NCBI GenBank assembly: GCA_024679065.1
Contig: JAGIQG010000016.1
Coordinates: 9,672,001-9,736,000, forward strand
DNA: 64,000 bases
Reading direction: 5' to 3'
Source: Sphyrna mokarran
Taxonomy: Eukaryota
The position numbers and the translations under genes are program-made. Positions 39,906 to 53,751 of the stretch are shown here, one piece after another (the first letter of the stretch is position 1; every line of letters begins with the position of its first letter). The notes under the pieces are model-generated. The model was not told the DNA's origin. It searched no databases and saw only the letters and a program-made list of their open reading frames with translations.

Positions 39906-41285
39906 TGAGCAAGAAATATAGAAGCTTATCACAGGAGCATACAAAACAGAGAACCATGCCAGTGCTACACCTGCAGTTTGATTATGTAGGGAAATAAATA
40001 ATATGGTACAGTTTTCTTCAGATGGTGCATACATCTGAAAGTGATTCCCATGAACCACTCTCTTTCTGAACCAATGTGTCAACATTTTTTTTTTACATAG
40101 CAGTGCACGCAGTAGTTTCTATGAACCATTCTCAGAGCAATTATTAAGAGAATAAATTAAAACAAACTGAATTAGTTTTCCACAAACCTTGACAGTAAAT
40201 CCATTGTTGTGTCAATGTAACCGACTTGTGGAAACAATAAACAAATTTTATAGGTATTTAATATTTTTCCCACGAATTGCTAAATAGAGTTTGGTTTTCA
40301 ACTTGCTAAGTCATACAACTTAAATGGGCATCATATACCGAAAAAAAAGGTTGCAAGCCGATTGGCTGAGTGAAATTTTTCACTGGAAATTTGGTTGAAA
40401 TAAGGAATTTAACACCGTTGCACCCAAACGATATGGAAAATTTCATCCATTGTTCCGACACTAGTTGAAGTGCCCTAATTATCCGCAATAATTTCCTCAA
40501 ATCTGCCGTCAGTTATATGATATGTACATGTGAATTCTTTGTTTGTTCAGACTCTGCAGAATAACTGTTTCTGTAACTATCATCATTCGAAATAATTCAC
40601 TTTAAATTTAGCAGGCTTGTTTGAAAATTATGTTCTTATGGTTAACTATATGTTATCTCTCCCAATGCTATGACCACGATATACGTCAAATCTCAGACTT
40701 TTCTGTTCATACGAATTTAACCTTATCATCTATAAATTCGGAATAAATTACCGTGAATACAGCATTGAGGATAAACTTTTGGATGCTAGAATTTTGTTAA
40801 TATCTCCGGAAATATTTATCAAATACTAATCCTTATTTCCTTATTTATGGAACGACAAAATCTGTCTGTGAAAAAAAAAGTACAATGATTGCCCAATGTA
40901 GGCTCTGATGTCATTTGTTGTCAAATAACGTTTGCAAACAACCCAGAAAAGCAATTACTGACATCGTATTTTGTAAAAAAAAATGTTTTTGACATTATGT
41001 TTTTTAAAGGTTCTGCAATGCGCGTACAACTAAAGTGATTTTTTAGGGTTTCAATCCATCGCCCCTTTGATCTCTCATCCTTCTCCTTCCGACGTCGTCT
41101 TCTAACTGAAATCGTAGTTTTCCATTCAGAGAGATCATTAGCATCTGTACATATCATGACTGGAAGCTCTGTTTATAAGCCGAGGAGTTTGAAATGAAAC
41201 CACAATAATATAGTAGCATTTAAATGTGTTATGGTTGTTCTTGCTCGTACGTTGAATATTAATTTGTTTATCTTCTTTCCAAAAG

Positions 41286-41306
41286 ACATGGAAAAGGATA
41301 AATCAA
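41286..41306 (+). CDS. 21-nt micro-exon (phase 1-1; DMEKDKS)
   Basis: tttatcttctttccaaaag|ACATGGAAAAGGATAAATCAA|gtaagg. Confidence 0.7.
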
Positions 41307-42899
41307 GTAAGGCACTAATACTATTTTGCTGATGTTCCTGAAAATGCTTAAGCTTTAATGATGGTATAATTATTCGGGGGTTAAAGTTGATTCATTTAAA
41401 TAATGGAACTGAAGGATCTTTGAAACTGGCGGATTCATGGTGCAAGAAGTTGAAGAAAAGTCACATAGTTTTACACGTCTGCTAAAACTGTATGTGTGAC
41501 ATGACGACCGTATCCTTGTTTCAAAGTGCAATTTGATTACGTTGACCAACCAAAAGTCATGTGAATAAAAGCAATTGTAGTTTGTTCTTTCCAAGGAACC
41601 AAAGTTAGTAGTTTGATTGAGGTTTTGGAAATATTAATAAGTTTTGTAGTGGGATTGACATGCCTTTAAAAGTCTCTGCAATTGTAAGGCTCGTTGGAAT
41701 TGAACGCGCTTTGATAACTAAGTAACAGAAACTGTAAAAAAAAACAGACGAAGGAAAATATGTAAATGTGGGATGGCATGTTCAGGAATGAGTTTCGTTT
41801 TATCCAGCTGGGTTCGAATGGATGATTTCAGATGGCTCCTCAGTATTTTGGACACAGAAGATCCACATACATTGGGACAGTATGGTCGCAATGTAGTGAC
41901 ATAAAACTGTTCCAGAAATAATTGAAGAAAGTAGTAAAATGTCGCATCATTGTTTGTATTGGAAGACAGCGCTTATGTAATTTTGCCTTGAATTCGACGT
42001 TTATTAAAATAAGCTTATGCGATTTTGAAATCGTTTTCAAAACACAACTTATTTCAACTTATTCCCTCGCGGCAACTTATATCAAAGTCATCCATTGTGC
42101 AAATCAACAACAACTCCATTCCCATCATTTCTGGCTGCTGATTTGTAAATGCTTATTCAGTTGTCCTGAATCTAAATGCCAATATTACGCCTCAAGTTTC
42201 CATTGTTTGGAGAATTTGCACCCAAATCATTTTATTTGGCATTTCCTGATTGTTTCCTTCGATTTAGATTCAACAGACTATGGATGCAACCTATGCATAG
42301 CTCTGGACTTTGGAAGTTTTCTGTCAAATGTTGAGTGGTAACACCACGAGCAAGCATTTTCTTATAGTTCGGGTCGCGATTGAATAGCGCCCCATATGGA
42401 AGTATTAACGGGTGAATGCGTACTGAGTTACTTCCACTATGTGATTTCAGATTATTTTTCGCTGTCAGCTGAGATATCTCATTGACACGCTAGCACTTCG
42501 CCAAACGGTGCAATTGACACGTGTGCACGTCATCCTTTGAAAGTCAATTTTTCTTTTAAATGCGTTTACTTCTAAGTTGTCTTTGGAAACCCATTTCGTT
42601 TTTGTTTCCCATAGAAATTAACCAACTTCAAAAACGTGAGTGACTCAGAATCCTGCGCAGTTGCACCGATGATTTGTGTCGTCATCGATATGTATGACAG
42701 GGTCTGGCACGGGGTTGTGAAAGTTACCGCATAGTGAGAGAAAGAGAGAGAGAGCTTAGGCACATTCACTGAGGGAGCAGCAAAACTAGATGAGACGTAT
42801 GCTTTTCACGAACCATGTGCTTAGCAGGCAAATTAATGGGATCGCTGAGATATAATACAGCTTCTCGTATCATTAAAACAGATTGAATTTTTTAATATT

Positions 42900-44815
42900 G
42901 CTTCTGTTTTATATTTACTTCCGTCAAAAGTAAATTCACACAGTGAAAGATTTTATTTTTTTTTCGGAATCAATCATGCACACTTCAACCGATGCGTTAA
43001 GGGAATTGATAAATGAATTTTCCATACAGAAACATTAGCTGCACGTTTGAAGATGATGGCCTCTTAAAACTATAAGTCTGCATTTTTGGTTAGAGTCCCT
43101 CCAACACAGTGGTCATGCAAATGACAAAATCAAATAATGTAAACACAATGATTTTGCAGTAAGCATATGTAATGTTGCACTAATTTGAACTTAAAACTTA
43201 AAACTTCACAGTGTTGAGTCTCATAGTGACCGGGTCATTGAAAAAAAATGACTCAGAACGATGAACGGTCTGGTGAGGAGGATCACTTTACTCAGCTGAA
43301 AACAGAAATATCCCCTAACATTGGCAAATGGCTCAGGTTATCAGTTTTTTTTTTTGCCTTTTGTTCCTACTTGTTTTTTTTTCCCCAAACTTTGGCTGTG
43401 ACATAGATTACACGTCCTCATGGCAAGCATTTACTTATATTCCTGATCTAGATAAAAAAAAACAATTCCAGCCAATTTCTGATGTGGAATGTTTTGTATG
43501 CAATTGATACGTTAGTTGCCATTTGCAATTGATTAAACAAGTTGCAACCTCTTCTTCGGTGATGTTTGCAGACGTATAGGTCAAAATTTAGAACATCGTT
43601 GGAAACTTGTTTACGATTGAACAAGTGTCGGAGTACAAAATAAACTTTAGTAACTTGATAACTTTAGTAACAGGTATAGTAAGGAGTTTTAATCGTATGT
43701 GCTGAACTGAGAAGTCTCAGTGATTTTTTTTTTTAGTTTAAATGATGAAAAATGAAGTGATTAACAACATTAAAGTTATTAATACTACATGGAAATAATA
43801 AAAAAAAAGCCTATATTATGTGTTGTCCACAGCAAAGTATGCCATGGAAGAGAAGGAGAACATCGCACAACTTAACAATACATGCCAATTGCATGTAGCA
43901 AGTGGAGACCACTACAGAAATTAAATAGAAAGTGAAGAACACTATTCAAACAATAAGTACATTTCCTCAGGTTGCCCAATTATTTGACACTATAATTAAG
44001 CCAAATGATTAAAACCACGCTGAGCTGGATGTTGTCGCGACATTTTTGCTTGCCTTTTTTTTCTCTGAATTGTTGTCACACCCATTATATTTCCTGGGAA
44101 ATTTAATGGGCGTGATAAATTCTGCAGGAATCTTATGTGCATTGGATACAATTCTTAAAAAAAAAGTATTTGCCAATTGGAAAAGTTTTAACTATCACCA
44201 AATGTGGAATCAGATAAAAACAGACACAATTCGAAAAAAACTATTAATTAATAGTTAATAATAATATCTGAGTATTAAAATATCTAATAAAATTACGCTT
44301 GTAATGCCAAAGTTTGGGATAGAAAGAAACAAAAAATACGAATAATCTAAGCCATTTGCCAATGTTATGGGTTGTTTCTGCTTTCAGCTGAGTAGCTTAA
44401 TCCTTCTCGCCAGTTCGTTCATCGTTCTGGACTCACTTTTTATTAATGATCTGGTCATTATGCGATTCAACCACTGTGAAGGTCTTTTACGTTTTATTTT
44501 CACGTTAGTGCAACATTACGTATGTTAACTGCAAAATCCTTGAGCTGCATCATTTTGTTTTATCCTTGCATGACCACTGTTTTCGAGGGACTCTAATCAA
44601 CGATGCGGACCTTCAGTTTTATGAGTCTAAAAACTTCAACCTTTTAGCTGATGTTTTTACATGGAAAATTCATGTATCCATTCCCTTAATGCATCGGTTG
44701 AAGTTTGCAGGATTGACTGAAGGTCAATTATGTTTGAAGGTCAATTATGAAGGTTTTACTACGTGAATTTAGTTTTGATGCAAAGCCATATGTTCAATAT
44801 AATAAAATAACAGAC
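42900..44815. repeat. Long inverted repeat (arms about 42900-43400 and 44300-44815, spacer about 900 bp)
   Basis: Exact reverse-complement blocks in collinear order: 43317-43333/44350-44366 (17 nt), 43254-43267/44416-44429 (14 nt) and 42983-42995/44691-44703 (13 nt). Confidence 0.9.
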
Positions 44816-44829
44816 TGAAAAAAAAATAG

Positions 44830-45250
44830 TTTGCTAAAGAAATTCTCTGAGAAAATTAGCAATGCAAACATCTTAAAGGTGATGGGGTTTTAGCCATGTT
44901 TTTTCCCATCTGTCTTCGCGATTGAATGCACAGATAGCATATTGGAAAATCTTTAAAATCAAGCGAACTGAGCCAGGGTGGGACTTGAAGCAATTAAAAT
45001 CCATGGGAAAGATTGTTCAGAAAACATTTGAAACTCAAAGCTCAGATGTTAAGGAGAGTTGATGTCCTGCAACGCACTCCCCAAAAAAAGGATGAATGTG
45101 ATATAGCAGATGCAAATTTTGTAAATTTACTACATGCTGAGACGTCGCTTTCTGACTGCAAGATATTTAATCTTGTTCCTGTACTTGAGAAGAGATAGAT
45201 GAAAATTCGCAAAACAAATCCGCTCTGTTCTAACAGTTGCAGAGCATATT
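44830..45250 (+). mobile_element. CR1 ORF2 remnant, highly degenerate
   Basis: DIADANFVNLLHAETSLSDCKIFNLVPVLEKR resembles EIAEAL..GEVPEDWRIANVVPLFKKG. Confidence 0.55.
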
Positions 45251-46473
45251 AGCTTGTATTTTCATAAACAATGATGCGTTTTTTTTTGTACTGTGCCTGC
45301 ATTAAATGAAGGGGGATATAGTTTAATAATTTACGTCTTGAGATGTGTAATAACTGAGAAAGAAGAAAAAATATGACATGACATTTAGCTTTATTTGGAT
45401 TCTGAAAAGGTATGGGCAATAGTACGCTATTTAAGTTTCTACGAGAAAAAATGTTCATGTTTTCGGGGTAACAGAAGAAAACTGATAAAGAACTGTTCGC
45501 GAAGCGGAAACGAATAATATGACTATGAGTGTAAGTAACTTCAATTTGTAAGCTATCACAGGTCGTGCGCAACAGGACTCAAGAAATTTATGTTAAATAT
45601 GATTTTCCTGTAAGTGGAGTGCCACGGCGGGACTAATTAAATTACTACCGCAGACAAAGTTAGGTCAGAAAGCAAATTGTGAAGAACTCAGATGGATTAG
45701 AACAATTCAGTCGTAAGGTCTAAGGGAATATAAACAAATATTTTTCAATTCATAGAAGAAGGCAGAGAAACAGAAAAAGCTGTGTTGTATGTAATTGTTT
45801 TTACAAAAGGGTGCCATCATGTAAAATATACAAATATGTTTGCACAGGTATTCACATATTGGTTTATGTGGTCGAGAGCATAAATTTTGCTGTTTTGTTC
45901 CAAAAAAAAAAATCCATACATGCACATGTTCCGTATGTCTACTTAGAGGATGAAAACTCCTGCTTTATTAAAAAAGATCATATTTGCATTATTGCCTTTG
46001 ATGGGTTAATTTCAAACGATGTTTTTTTTTGAGAACAAAGTCGTTCATGTTATTTTACATTACTTTACAAATCCACAATCCTGCAAACCGATTTTGTACC
46101 GACTTATTCAAATTGATGATTTTCGTGAAAACTTCAATAAATTACCAAACTTATTTCATGGATGAACACTGATACATTTTTCCACGAAATCAAACACGGG
46201 TACTCCAAAAATACTGCAATACAACCAAATATTCAGACATAGTTTCCTTCTATCCTTCCTCTTGTGCTGATTTGTACTTATTGATGAACCTATTTTTGAA
46301 GGTACCTTTATAGTGTGACATGGGTTATTTGTGTATACCTTGTGTTAGATTGCAGAAACTCCTTTCGAGGTGTCAGTGCTGGTATGATATTTGATTCCAC
46401 GAACCAGTTTCGTCTTCATGGGAAAGAAGGAAAATGTTGTAATTAGTAATTTGTCTTCTCTTATACCGAACAG

Positions 46474-46494
46474 TTGTAGATCTTTACACTGCCA
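46474..46494 (+). CDS. 21-nt micro-exon (phase 1-1; xVDLYTA)
   Basis: ttgtcttctcttataccgaacag|TTGTAGATCTTTACACTGCCA|gtaagt. The phase-0 frame has a stop. Confidence 0.65.
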
Positions 46495-47769
46495 GTAAGT
46501 GTCTTTTTCGTTTAAGTTTGTGATAGAAATTTTTACTCTCGATAGCGATCATCGTGAATACTATTTCACACTGTGGAGAACGAACGACCAGGGTGTTTAC
46601 CAGTACCCCTATTCCGATTCCGCGGGTGGGTGAAGCTCGGAGAGCACTACTCTGTGTTGGCCTCGGGCACGATCGTATAGAATTCAGGCGGATGTCTTGG
46701 TAAATATCCCACCCATTTGTTTTTGGTATCTACATCTATGCTCACAGGAAGATAACTGTTGTTCAGTAAGAGACGGTTCAGAACTAAGTAAACTTTTAAG
46801 CAATTATGCACTGTCAAAAGGCACCATGGAAGTACAATGCAAACATAAAATTTAGGCAAAAAGTTCAGCAGTAGGTCATTCAGCTGATATGAGATATATG
46901 TCATTTGTCAAAACAGTATACAACCTGATACTAATAATTCATCATCATACGTAGTGTTGCCTGACAAGCCTTGCTGACGAAAATAAATACCCAACCACCT
47001 GACATATTAAAAAAAAACTCAAAAAAAGATCTCAGGAAGCCAAGACCAAAACCGTCACAATTATTTTCTTTTTTTTGGGGGGGGGGATACTTTTGTTCAC
47101 CTCCGTTTCAAATGGAAGGCGTTGATTGTTTTTCTTTTCATTTTCCTCACGACTGAATTTCGGTGGGGTTGTCTTCTTCTCGAAGAGGAACATTTCTGTC
47201 CATGTCCACCCTGTGTAGAAACCTGAGAATTTTGAACATTTCTCTCAGTTATCTTATTTTAAAACTAAAAAAAAAACAATGTAAGACTTGTCTGCAAACA
47301 TTTACTGATAAGTCAACGCAGGCCATCAATCAGTTAGGCTTTGAAGTTTTTTTTTGTTTCTTTCTGAGCTACTTCTAACCTATTTACATAATTTCTCCTT
47401 TAATATTCTCTAAAATGTTCTGATCGCACCTAGGCTCACCCCCACACACCCTTGACTGTTTACATTGTTTACAATCACTCTCATAATGAAAAGTTTTTTT
47501 TTTACTTAATTAATGCTGAAATTGTAAATCAACATTTTGGGTTATGTGTGTTCTCGGAGGTCCACATGTTACTGTCTGTTATTGTTCTGCAAAATCTTAG
47601 TATTTGCATGTGTATTGTCTTACTCTTACGTCAATGGAAAATCTGCATTTGTGAAAACAAACCGTTGTTGTCCCTCTGGGATGCCCTGTATTTAGTTGAC
47701 AGTTGAGTATCAATTACTAAAACGCAGTTCAGATATTTTAGATTTAGATGAAATTGAGCTGACGCATTT

Positions 47770-49010
47770 TGCTAGATTGAAACAGGCCAGCTAATGTTAG
47801 GACGTTGGGTAGAGCTGCAGAATGAAGATATTTAGGGATACAGGTCCATAGTTCCTTGAAATTGGAAACAGAGATAAAGAGAGTGGTAAAGACAACATTC
47901 GGCATGCCTTGTTGCATTGGCCAGTAAGAAAGTTCACAACACCAGGTTAGCGTCCAACAGGTATATTTGATAGCAAATGCCACGAGCTTGCGGAGTTTGC
48001 CCCTTCGTCAGGACAATAAGTGAGACAATACGTCCAGGTAAGTCATGTGGGTTACAGATCCAGTGCCCACCCTGGGCTTACTGTCCTGTCTGGAGACAAT
48101 ATATAGCTCTTTAACCGATGCTTAATGCTACCTCCACCCACAGAGTCTGCATATTTAACAATTGATTATCTTTAAAGTTTCGTATTCTAACCAGTACTCT
48201 GTAAACGTTGTGTGCCTTCATATATGTTCTGTTTGTGAACAGAACTGTTCCTCATCAGACGAAGGAGCAAATGCCGAACAGTAGTGACATTTACTACCAA
48301 ATAAATATGTTGGACTTTAATCTGGCGTTGTGAGACTTCTTACTGTGTTTACAGTTCAACGCCGACATCTCTACATCTTGACTACATTTGTTCAGAACAT
48401 TGCAACAGGAGTTAGGACGCCTTGTTGAAGTTGTACAAGATATTGGTAAGCCACACTTGAAATACTGATTAATGTCCTGGTCACTTTTTAATAGAAAATA
48501 AATGACTAAACTAGAAAGAGTGCAGAGAACATTTTCTAGCATTGTCTTGGAGCTTTGTGTTATAATACTGAATAGATTGTGACCTCCCCAACCACCCCCC
48601 CCCCCCCCCCCCCCCTCCTCTGGAGCATAAAAAGGCTAATGGGTGACCGTAAAGGGGTTTTTAAAATAATCAGGGTATTGATCAGTCAATATCTTCTCCC
48701 AAAGATAGGAGAATCTGAAAATAGAGGATAGAGGTTTTACGTGGGGGGGGGGGGGATACAAAAGAGTTCAAACGAGCAATTCTTTCCACACAAAGGATGA
48801 TTTGTGCCTGGAACGCATCAGGTGAAATAGTCGAGGCAGGTACAATTCTGTTTTTTAAAAAAAAAACATACATTAATTTAGATGGGTAAGATGATTATCG
48901 AGAGATATGGGTCAAATCGGACAATTGGAACTTAATTAAGTGTTAACAAAGGCCGCATATACACATTAGTGCCAAGGTTCTGTTTCCCTTCAATAAACGT
49001 CTGTGACTCT
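47770..49010 (+). mobile_element. CR1 3' part interrupted by a Penelope-like element
   Basis: YLGIQVHSSLK-like sequence precedes the insert and LYKILVxPHLKY-like sequence follows it; 3' region ttctttccacacaaaggatgatttgtgcctggaacgc. Confidence 0.8.
47920..48380. mobile_element. Penelope-like element with inverted terminal arms
   Basis: Left arm cagtaagaaagttcacaacaccaggttag.. and right arm ..ctttaatctggcgttgtgagacttcttactg. Hammerhead-like cores at 47985-48012 (minus) and about 48256-48280 (plus). Confidence 0.7.
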
Positions 49011-52000
49011 GTGACACTATGAAACATTCAAACAGAAGACTGACTGCAAAAACCAGTATATTTAAAGAACAAAAATTATTTGTGTGCCGATGTTTGCATC
49101 AGGAGGGAGACACATTCAATGAGAGTTGACTGTCCTCTCCGATTTAATCTCAAAATCTTAAAAAATATATATATTATTCTGAGCATTTTAATATCCTGTC
49201 CAGCCTTGTCAATCAAAGTGGAGAGTTCAATCACAATATTTATTATTGTTAACTTGAAAACTAACGCCACACTTGCCAACAAAATACGAGGTCGTGAGTT
49301 CACTGACCCTGTGATTTCCTTTCCAATTCCCACAAAACATAAGCCTTGTAAATTCTGAAAATAAAGGCCATTCGTTGTAACTGGGAAACTTACTCGGCTG
49401 AATTTGGTCTCCCGCAATCAGCATGAGAGTAATTTCCAACTTCGCTACCCAAGAAAATTCCACTGTGAAAAATCCACTCTCCTTCATACAAAACCCTATT
49501 AATCTTGATTTAGCATTGGCAAATTCAGGAAACAGAATCTGTCTTTCTCTGCTCATTGCATTCGAAGAATTTGGGCCGTCTATCATTGTTCCCCATGATG
49601 CTGCACTTCGAACGAAGTTGCCCAAGACGCATTATTCTTAGAAATGGAAAATGAGATTTAAACTGCTAATATGTGGTTAATTTCTGTTATGCGCTGGAAA
49701 AACAGTTTTGCAGTATACAATTTGTTACTGGCACGTTGTGAATTCTCAATATATAATGAGGCACGTTATAATTGCATTAACCTTGTGTATATATTTTTGT
49801 AAACAAATGAAGGGTCTCATACTAAGTATTCTACATAAACTCATATTCTGTCACGAAATTGCGTACGTTCGAATGTTATCTAGATAAGTTTCCAAACAAT
49901 ATTTGTATAGCCTCCATATAACCTCAAATGAAGATACTTACCTTCCTCCTTTTTCTGGCATCATCAAACTGGGACACCATCTCTTCAATCCTTTGACCTC
50001 TATCACTTAAATAAACTGAAAATGATTCATATAGTATGACACCCATCTCATCGCATTTTAACAAACAGAATGTGTTTTTTTTTGTCAATTGTTTTTGCTT
50101 TGGAATGGCAACCTATTTTCCGTGAATGCATGCAGGTCAACCCATCTTATTTGAGATTCTACTTTCTGCAGTAACATTTACGTAGACATTCAGCATAAAT
50201 CATGTGGAGATAAGTGTAATATTCATCCGGTTGTGACGTACCATTCACAGCACAAGCTTCTTACTGGAAAAAAAGCCTGTTGACGAAACATGACTTTTGT
50301 GTCCAAAGAATCATATAAACTCTGCCTGAAAATTCTGTAACAACCCACATGTCCCGTTTGAACAAGTTAAGTAGCAACATCCAATTATTTCTAGTTGGCA
50401 GATACTGTACTTAATAAGCAACAGTTCTGCGTTTTCTGCTGCATTGCCAATTTCAAGCAACCTCTATATAACTGGAAATCTGACATCCGCCATCTGTGCT
50501 TGCACTCAGTGCTGCCAATAATTGTGCCAATTATTTTATTGATTTTGCTCCCTTCTACAGAATTTCTGCCTCCGCAGCACCCACAAACATATCCCCTCCT
50601 CCCCAATGCCATCCCGCTTAACAGTTTGTGTATAATTATGAAGAAGCTCAATTCGCTGATTAACACTACAGCCCATTTTTTCTGAAAAAAAAAATAGTTG
50701 AGAAGAAATCCGAAGCCATGTCCTATTATGTGTCGTAACGTATTTCCCTCGAAGCAAACAATCCACCTAAATTCACAAATACCTGAATGATGCATTGCAA
50801 TATCTGCACGTCAGGATCCAGATCGGAAAAATTCAGTCAAAGTCACACCATAGTTAAACATCAATTATTGACTGCCGGCACTGGACTAAGTGAAAAACGG
50901 TAATCAATTTCGAGTTCTGATCTTCAGATATATATCTTTTATTCTGAATTACCATAAGCAATTAAACTCAGTACAACTGCTTGATTGCTTACCCTTTCTT
51001 AAAAATAATCAGCCTTTCTTCAATACGAGGAAACCAACCAATAAACAACATTCAATCTTGCAGCAGACAAATCCCATCTTTGAAACGTGCATAACTTGAA
51101 AAAAACAAAATATTACCCCTTTGCATTTTTCCATTTCTCTCGAACTTCGCTAAATTTCAGAACGTGAATGCTTTTTTTTTCGGAATTATTGCAGTGAACC
51201 TTACTTAAAGCATATTCCATTTGGAGCCCTGAATTCGCATTTTGAACCAAGGAAAAAAAAATAGTAACGCCAAGCTACGTAGTTTTTTTTTCAGTCTGGC
51301 ACGTGTCTTATATTACTGACTATTTAACCTCACTGATCGTGCAGTTGAAGATTTACCATTCTTGTTTGGAATGCATTGAATGCAAACACCTGAGCATGCT
51401 TTGTTAGTTCATTTAACAGGAAATCAGCATTTGAAATTATAAAAGGGCATTATGTATTCCATCCGCAGCCGCCTGTGAAGTAAATACCTTTCGTTAACTG
51501 CCAATTGTTTTATAGTTTTCTCTGAAAAGTGACAGATATGATGCCACATATTTGCCTGTGAGAATAATATTGCATAGTTGAGTGCCTCAAAGATCAGCAT
51601 TATAGAGACGCAAGGGAAGTGAAGATGAGATTGAATGACTCTTCCATGTTACGTATAGTGTGAACCAATCTCATCATTTGATAGAGACAGTGAGTGATAT
51701 CTTCAGAGATGTCTCGGGCATTAAGTAAAATAAACATGAAGAGAAAAAAATTGCTATGAGCTAAAAAAATGTCTTCACATTGTGATTTGAATAATTTACG
51801 CTGTTATATGTATTAGAATAAATTATCAGCAAGTGTAATTGAGGATGTTTTCTTTAAGCCACTAATTAAGTGAAATGAACTGAAATTAATTCCATAATCG
51901 ATGTGCATAAGGGAATCTTCTGTGGATTTGAAGAAAGTACAGCGTTGAACTACGGATATTAATTGATTTGTGATGTGTTGCTATCAATTACTGCATATTG

Positions 52001-52606
52001 CGCATATGTATGAATCTGGTTTTGCAAATCCTTCCCATATTTAATCTGATAAAAAAAAGACAACATTTTCGGCCGTAAGTCCAGTTGATGAAAGCAAACA
52101 AACGTCAAAACGCTCCTTTTGTTTCCCCAATCCAAAGGGTAATAGCCCTCGGCTCGATTAACTATCTGGTCATTGTTTCAGTCATTTTAATTCGAACACT
52201 GGTTGATACCGGCCATCAAGTTCTTTCCTTGTTTTGCAATTTACCTACCTGCTTCGTGATAATGTGTGGCGTTTGGGGGAGAGATAGCATATTAATTTTG
52301 ATTATCTGTTTATATTATCGAGCCTTCTAATATAACACCATACAGAAGAACAAATACATATTGGAATATCACAAATTAATGAGTTGAGAATGTGAAATGA
52401 ACTACAGCATTTTATTTCTTTTCATAAATACTTTTCCATTTTGTTTCAATTAATGATGAAATATTTCTTGGTAACGGCAAGAATATGATCTGAACATGCC
52501 TCGTGCCTGCCGTATCTCTTGTTTTTTTTTTCAAATCTGAACCTTAGAAGTGATGTCATCACAAGAATATGTTATGCAAAAATGTTTTTTTTTCTTCTTC
52601 TCCAAG

Positions 52607-52636
52607 AGGATAAAAATTTCGCCTGGTGCAAATATG
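52607..52636 (+). CDS. 30-nt micro-exon (phase 1-1; xDKNFAWCKY)
   Basis: tttttttttcttcttctccaag|AGGATAAAAATTTCGCCTGGTGCAAATATG|gtaagg. Confidence 0.65.
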
Positions 52637-53423
52637 GTAAGGATGCAATGGACTTGTTGTACTTAATCCTGAAATTAGGAAAAGCTGAATGATGAGAGGC
52701 AGCCATCACTGAAAAATTGACAAAATTGAAATAAAATCTGTTTATGCCAGCATTCAAACACCCCAAATTCAGAATTTCTCCGTACCTATTTGATATTGTG
52801 AGGAAGTGCAAATATATATAATGATCCAAAGAATGGGTTTCACCTCATGTAGACAGAACAAAAGCATGGAAGACATGGTTGGGCACGGAATCTATATGGA
52901 GATCGAGATACATACGGTTTTAGAAACGTGACAACAGAATTTGTATGAAAATGTATTAAAATGCCAATAGTATCAAAAGGAAAAATCATAATGTTCAAGC
53001 CGATTATGGAATTGAGACACAGAAAAGTAGAACACGATTACTCTACAGAAAGCAATGGATACGGCACTTAGGCATGCACATATAATGGAAAGCAATGAAG
53101 CAACAGATCATACTCTTGAAGAAAAGAAGGAGAAGGCAATGTTTTAAAATAAATGTGATTAATATATGTGATATCATGTTTTGCCTGGCAAATATGTAAC
53201 GCGATGGAAGAACATAATTTGTAGCGGCGATTCAAATATGAATTCTTAGACAGTTTACTTAAAATCAGGTAGAACGAGAAGAGGCATAGGCATGTGTATA
53301 GTTCTTAGATGTAGTGATGCGTGATTGCCACATAATTACAAGTATATCAGTATATATTAGTTTTTAATGATGGTGGACAGGTGCGTTAATGAATGAAATG
53401 GACTCATGGAAATTGGTGTTATA

Positions 53424-53751
53424 TAGAACAAAGAACAAAGAACAAAACAGCACGGGAAACAGGCCCTTCGGCCCAAGGAGCCCACGCCACCACTCCGATG
53501 ATCCCACGTCTACCCGCGATCCATGTCCATGTTTATAGACTTATGGATTAAAAACCAAATTTGAGACAATTTAAGGAGAATTTGTTTTGCCAATTAGCCG
53601 AAGAGCACATCTTTGGGATGCGGGAGGAAACCGGAGCATCTGGAGAAAACCCACGCAAGCACGGGGAGAATGCACAAACTCCCACAGACACAGGCCCAAA
53701 TCCATGTATCTGCACAGCATAGCGACAGTCAACGTTTAAGACATGTTGACC
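53424..53751 (-). mobile_element. V-SINE variant (second full copy)
   Basis: (agaacaa)n tail; collinear with 37967-38287. Confidence 0.8.

Noticed and set aside
41801-41900. Exon-like segment reading GFEWMISDGSSV, similar to a C-type lectin motif
   Set aside because: The Trp/Cys pattern does not continue, there is no convincing donor, and no other lectin exons are present.
49076-49641. Overlapping 72-132-aa ORFs on both strands, considered as an endogenous viral or host gene fragment
   Set aside because: No recognisable motif in any frame and no consistent splice structure. ORFs of this length occur by chance.
50391-50795. ORF containing LWVLRRQKFC, faintly reminiscent of SAMD9 LWDLRKKFRC
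   Set aside because: The similarity is confined to a few residues and the flanking P-loop context is absent.
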